Part shown: positions 59,468 through 64,000 of the stretch, piece after piece
Layout: every line of letters begins with the position of its first letter
How positions within the stretch are numbered: the stretch's first letter is position 1
Source: Octopus sinensis
Taxonomy: Eukaryota
Direction: 5' to 3'
NCBI RefSeq assembly: GCF_006345805.1
Contig: NW_021832850.1
Location: forward strand, 1 to 64,000
Length of the DNA: 64,000 nucleotides
Notes under the pieces: generated by a model
Database searches by the model: none
What the model was told of the DNA's origin: nothing
What the model saw: only the letters and a program-made list of their open reading frames with translations
Made by a program: the position numbers and the translations under genes

Positions 59468-60259
59468 GGTATGATCAATGAGTATCCGGACTGTTGTCAT
59501 AGTGACAAGCTAAAGCACGCAGAGTGAAGCCGCTGCGCATGCGCTCTAAGATTTAATATTGTAGCTCACTTCCCTTCTTTGCAGCAGTGCTTGGAAGGAG
59601 AAAATTGAGCAGAGAATCTGGGCTAAAGTTTGTGAAAAGCTTAGCGATACCTGCTAAGAGGGTTACGCAAAGTTTTCAAAACATTTTCATCGTTCTCGAC
59701 ACAATCAAGGAAATCTTGTGCAACTGAAACCTGTGTATCTTCTTGTCATCTGAAAGCAGTTTTGGCACAAACTTGGTAGATACGCGTCTCATACCCAAAT
59801 CGCTAGTGATAATGGACTGAACTGAACCGGAACTAATCTGCACATCCTCTGATAATTCACGGATATTTATTCGACGATTTCCCCTCAGAGCTGCACGCAC
59901 ATCTGCGATGTTTTCCTCTGGTTGCAACTTTCCTGGAATGTTCGTCAATACCGGCAATCTTGGAAACGTCTGAAACACTTGTACATATGCGTGCGGCTCA
60001 TACACTCTTCGCCATATACTTTCTGCAATTTTGTGTAGGTCTCTGAGCAGGTGTCACCATGACAACTTCCTCTGTCATGGTCAATGCGACTATAACACGC
60101 TACACACCTTCCTATCAAGTATTGCAGAAAACAGCGAAAGTAAGCTAGAAAGTTAAAATTACTGCACAGCAGAGTTCACGGTTAATTTTTGCCAGGCGAC
60201 TTTACTGTGTGCATTAGCTTCGTTACTATGGCAAGAGTCCGGATACTTATTGATCACCT
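59468..60259 (-). mobile_element. Internally deleted mariner element with ~50-bp imperfect TIRs
   Basis: tgatcaatgagtatccggact at the left vs agtccggatacttattgatca at the right; minus-strand RRINIRELSE...GSVQSII...LGMRRV..KFVPKLL. Confidence 0.8.
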
Positions 60260-60261
60260 TA

Positions 60262-61110
60262 TGAAGTGGTATCAACCAGTACAGTAGCGCGCCAAGAGAT
60301 GGAAGCACATGGTAGCGTGTGCAGTGAGAGCTAGCAGTGGCCTTTATGAGGCAATATACTGAGTGACATTGCTGAGTTTACTTTGCGAGTTGTGCATCTT
60401 CTAGTTTGTGATCCCGTGTATGCTGTAGTTTGCGATTTTGTCATGGACAAGTAGATGGATCCAACGTGAAATTTTGCGTTAAACTTGGGACGCCTGCTAC
60501 ACAGACATAGAACATGCTTACGACCATGAAGCAATGGATCGTACGCAATGTTTCGAGTGGAACGAGCGATTCAAAAGCAGACCAACGTTCCTCGAAGATG
60601 ATAAACCAAATGGAAGACCTACCACGACAGATAGCCCGGAAAATATAGTATTGTGCGTCGAGAATTTGTGCTGCAGGGCCTGAGAATCGATCGGGAATTT
60701 TAATCCGATGTTTTGGAGCGTTAGGGAAGGTCATTCAGGAAAGCCATCGGGTCTGTGGAGCCCAAAGAATTGGATTCTTCGAGAAGAAAATGCAACCTGT
60801 AACCAAGCTCTCCTCACTCGTGAATTTCTCGCCAAAAGCAACTAACTAACTAACTAACATGGTATTGCTTTTCACCATTCCTATTCGCTGGGTTTAGCAA
60901 CTGAGGACTGGCATTTCTTCCCCGTCGCCGTTTTACCACGCTTGTCGAGATCCAGAGCGAATCACAGAAGGTCCCCGACTCACTTACGGGAAACGACTTC
61001 CAGACAGGATTCCAAAAATGGTATGAACGCTGGAAACTGTGTATTGCTATGCAAGGTGACTATTTCCAAGGAAATAATGTTAAATCTTAGTTATATAGTT
61101 AAATAAGGAT
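60262..61110 (+). mobile_element. Degenerate mariner transposase remnant
   Basis: KFCVKLG, CFEWNERFK...GRP, EFLAK, FQKWYERWKLCIAMQGDYF motifs; many lesions. Confidence 0.7.
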
Positions 61111-62132
61111 TTTTTTTATTAAACATAACACCCATGTGGTGGTGTTAAACTGAACGAGAGGTTAGGCGTAACCTAAAACAGAGTTCAGGACGTTCCGATG
61201 GGCTTCCATACTGTTTACATCAACTAAATCATAAAACTGTAGATGATCGATTTTTAAAAACGCTCACAAAGAATTTCACGTTGATGGATTAAAAACAGGA
61301 CTAAAAAATTGACAAACGAGCATCTTAGCCACACCACCAAGCCCGCTTCCCTTATATTGAGTTATAAAGAAATAAACAAACGAAAAACCACCACATATAT
61401 TAGCTAAATAGAGGACTTGGCCTCCTGGCTACCGTTTGCGATCCAGCTTCTAACTTTCCTTCATATCTAGTGGGGAGTTGTTGGTATCCACTTATACACG
61501 CTCGTGACACCACTTTAATGTTGTTCTACTCGTGTTACCCCCAGAGCACATCAGCATGTACACTTACTCAACTTCCATATATCTGTCCGACCAATGACAC
61601 AGTTCGTCTCGAGTTGAGTCCAGGATATGACGTTGAAGACTCAAAACGAAAGAGGAATATCAATATCTGTTTTTTTTTTTTTGTTCACTTCTTTATTACA
61701 GCTGCAAAACAAAATCACAAAACCGGAATAAAATTTTGTTGGTACATTTATGATTTGACATCAAATCATATGTTATATGCAACATCACAATCTTATTCCA
61801 GTCCTGGCCACAACAGTTTGACGGGCGGAAAGTGAATCTTTGAGTAACTGTTTTGCGATGATTTTGTAGCTTTAATAAAAAGTACTTTACTCTACCTTCG
61901 GTATTCGTGTATTGTTCTTTTTCACCTTGTTTTGTGTTTGTGCTTACTCGTCTGTGTGTTTGTGTGTGTCTTTTAAATTTTTTACGAGACCCCTTTTGAA
62001 TATGCACATAAAGTTCCTATTCCATTATGCCGGCCACAGCCTAACGATACTGACTGGTGAACCTGTCTCTTGAGGTAGCATCGAGCTGTATAGATATAAG
62101 GCAAGATAAATATAATAGTAATGACAACACTA

Positions 62133-62569
62133 ACCTTTGGATAGAATTTATAAACATTTAATGCTTCATTACGCGCATTTCTACCATTCATATGTCTCTT
62201 AAGATCACCGACCGTATTCCGGGGATTATTACATTGTAGCCCGTAGTACCCGTGGGCATCACGTTGATCATCTTCGTGGATTAAATCTCTTGAGTCGATA
62301 TTACATTCATGGATGTACAACAGAGGGACGCTCATCCTATTTGACTCACTCTAGTTTCATACTCGTCGAAAGGTTTAAGCGCCCCTCTGTAGTACATCCA
62401 TTCATGTTCTATCGCCCGAGGAAATGAATCCATGAAGATGATCAACTGATGACCACGGAGGATACTACGGTCTATACTGTAATCATACCCGGAATACGGA
62501 CTCCGATCTCAAGGGAGTGAATTGTAGAAAGCGCGTAGCAATGCATTAAATGTTTGTAAATTCCATCAA

Positions 62570-62573
<4 letters not shown>
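62133..62573. mobile_element. ~440-bp foldback/MITE: ~200-bp imperfect TIRs, 45-bp spacer, TA on both sides
   Basis: Left arm 62133-62332 is the reverse complement of right arm 62378-62573 with scattered mismatches. Confidence 0.8.
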
Positions 62574-62574
<1 letters not shown>

Positions 62575-62612
<38 letters not shown>

Positions 62613-62730
62613 ATATATATATATAATATATAATATAATGTACATGCATATATGTACGTACTTACATACATACATACATACAGAGACACACACACACACA
62701 TACACATATATATATATATATTATATATAC

Positions 62731-62792
<62 letters not shown>

Positions 62793-63356
62793 TGTATGGG
62801 TACGCGACGTCATAAAATGTAAATATCAGGAATACGAAGACATGGAATACGAACTTTTATGCGAACAATGAAAGATGCAAATCGGAAACAAGACAAATAA
62901 CATAAAGAACGACCCTTCATCAGCTGTCAGCACTTTTATCTACTCCATATTTCGAGCAATTACGTCAAGATGGATCTTCGAGAAACAGTTGCTCCTGCAA
63001 AGCGAAGTAGAATTTAGGATTTGCGGAGATCAAAGCCGGTAACAAAATCCGGACTGTGAAAACAAACAGTAATGCCTGCTAAGCCATAACGAAGGGATGT
63101 GGTGAACTCTAGAGGAACAAGTTTTGACAGGAGAAAAGTTAGGTGAGGAGACAGACAAGAATGCGTGTGATCTGTGTGGTAGATCAAAAGGAAAGAAAGT
63201 TAGGTAAAGAAAAATAGCCTATGGTCATGTGTGAGCATTGAGAGAATAAATGAGGAGGAAGGTTAGGAGAGAGAGAAGGACAGATAGAGAATGGTACAGA
63301 GAGTAGCATCAAAATTATTAAGATAAACTTATTTGGAAATTGTTGCGTGGCTTTCA

Positions 63357-63394
<38 letters not shown>

Positions 63395-63455
63395 CACACA
63401 CACACATCATATATATATATAATATATATATATATATATAATATATATATATATT
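62575..63455. repeat. (TA)n/(CA)n tracts enclosing a probable interspersed-repeat fragment (62800-63340)
   Basis: Microsatellites are directly visible; the identity of the internal segment is uncertain. Confidence 0.6.
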
Positions 63456-63829
63456 AACTGGATGTATTATAAAACTATTCCGCACATACAATAACAGCCA
63501 TACCAACAATCCAACATACTGCCATCATCAGCTGTCTCACGGATATCATTATGGTTTTGACACCAGGGCAGTACCATTCAATCCAGCGGTGTCAACAGCA
63601 CTAAAATAAGTGTTGTTTAGGAACAAACATACCTTAGATATCATCACATTCATTCAATTTTAATTCTAGGAAGGATTAAACACTAACATTATTAATTAAA
63701 CTACAACAAAGAAACACATTTATCCTATGTATCGGTATCGGTAAATAAATTCAATAAGTAAACCTATAACGGACTCCTAAAATATCTAATTAAATAGCGA
63801 CCTAAGCTTTGAAGTCCATACAGATAATA

Positions 63830-63945
63830 CTCCCACCAGTGTTCCACGCACTGGGGTCGATGTAATCGACTTAATCCCTTTGTCTGTCCTTGTTTGTCCC
63901 CTCTGTGTTTAGCCCCTTGTGGGTAGAAAAGAAATAAATATAAAA
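63830..63945 (+). mobile_element. SINE family B 3' portion
   Basis: cgcactggggtcgatgtaatcgacttaatcc...ttgtctgtccttgtttgtcccctctgtg matches 32200-32285. Confidence 0.8.
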
Positions 63946-64000
63946 GTGCAATTCTCTTCGCTCTAAAACAAAACAAAACAAACTCGATTATACGTGTGTG

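Noticed and set aside
62880-62930. Minus-strand CTGATGAAGGG as a hammerhead
   Set aside because: No stem II closure or GAAA follows; the same applies to CTGATGAAGCC near 51300.

Overview
AT-rich, microsatellite-dense eukaryotic DNA; the SINE families and repeat style suggest a coleoid cephalopod, probably Octopus (inference). Bases 856-28591 (+) hold the last 14 coding exons of a tandem-domain (receptor-type-like) protein tyrosine phosphatase gene. All introns are GT-AG, the phases join into one open frame (1481 nt: 2 nt of a split codon, 492 codons and a stop), and the 5' exons lie upstream of the window. Domain D1 looks catalytically competent (DYINANF, DFWRMIW, KCMQYWP, WPDHG, HCSAGVGRTG); D2 is a strongly diverged pseudophosphatase ending in YSNF. 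The introns and the downstream ~35 kb are dominated by mobile DNA: three tRNA-derived SINE families, R4/Dong-type retrotransposons stacked in (TAA)n tracts, L1/Tx1 relics, several mariners, two young CR1-group LINEs (one with an uninterrupted 916-codon ORF nested in a Penelope-like element), Penelope-like fragments with hammerhead-like motifs, a non-autonomous Helitron, a foldback MITE, a ~1 kb inverted duplication, and an unexplained hairpin next to a 109-aa ORF. Family assignments come from motif recognition only; no database searches were run.
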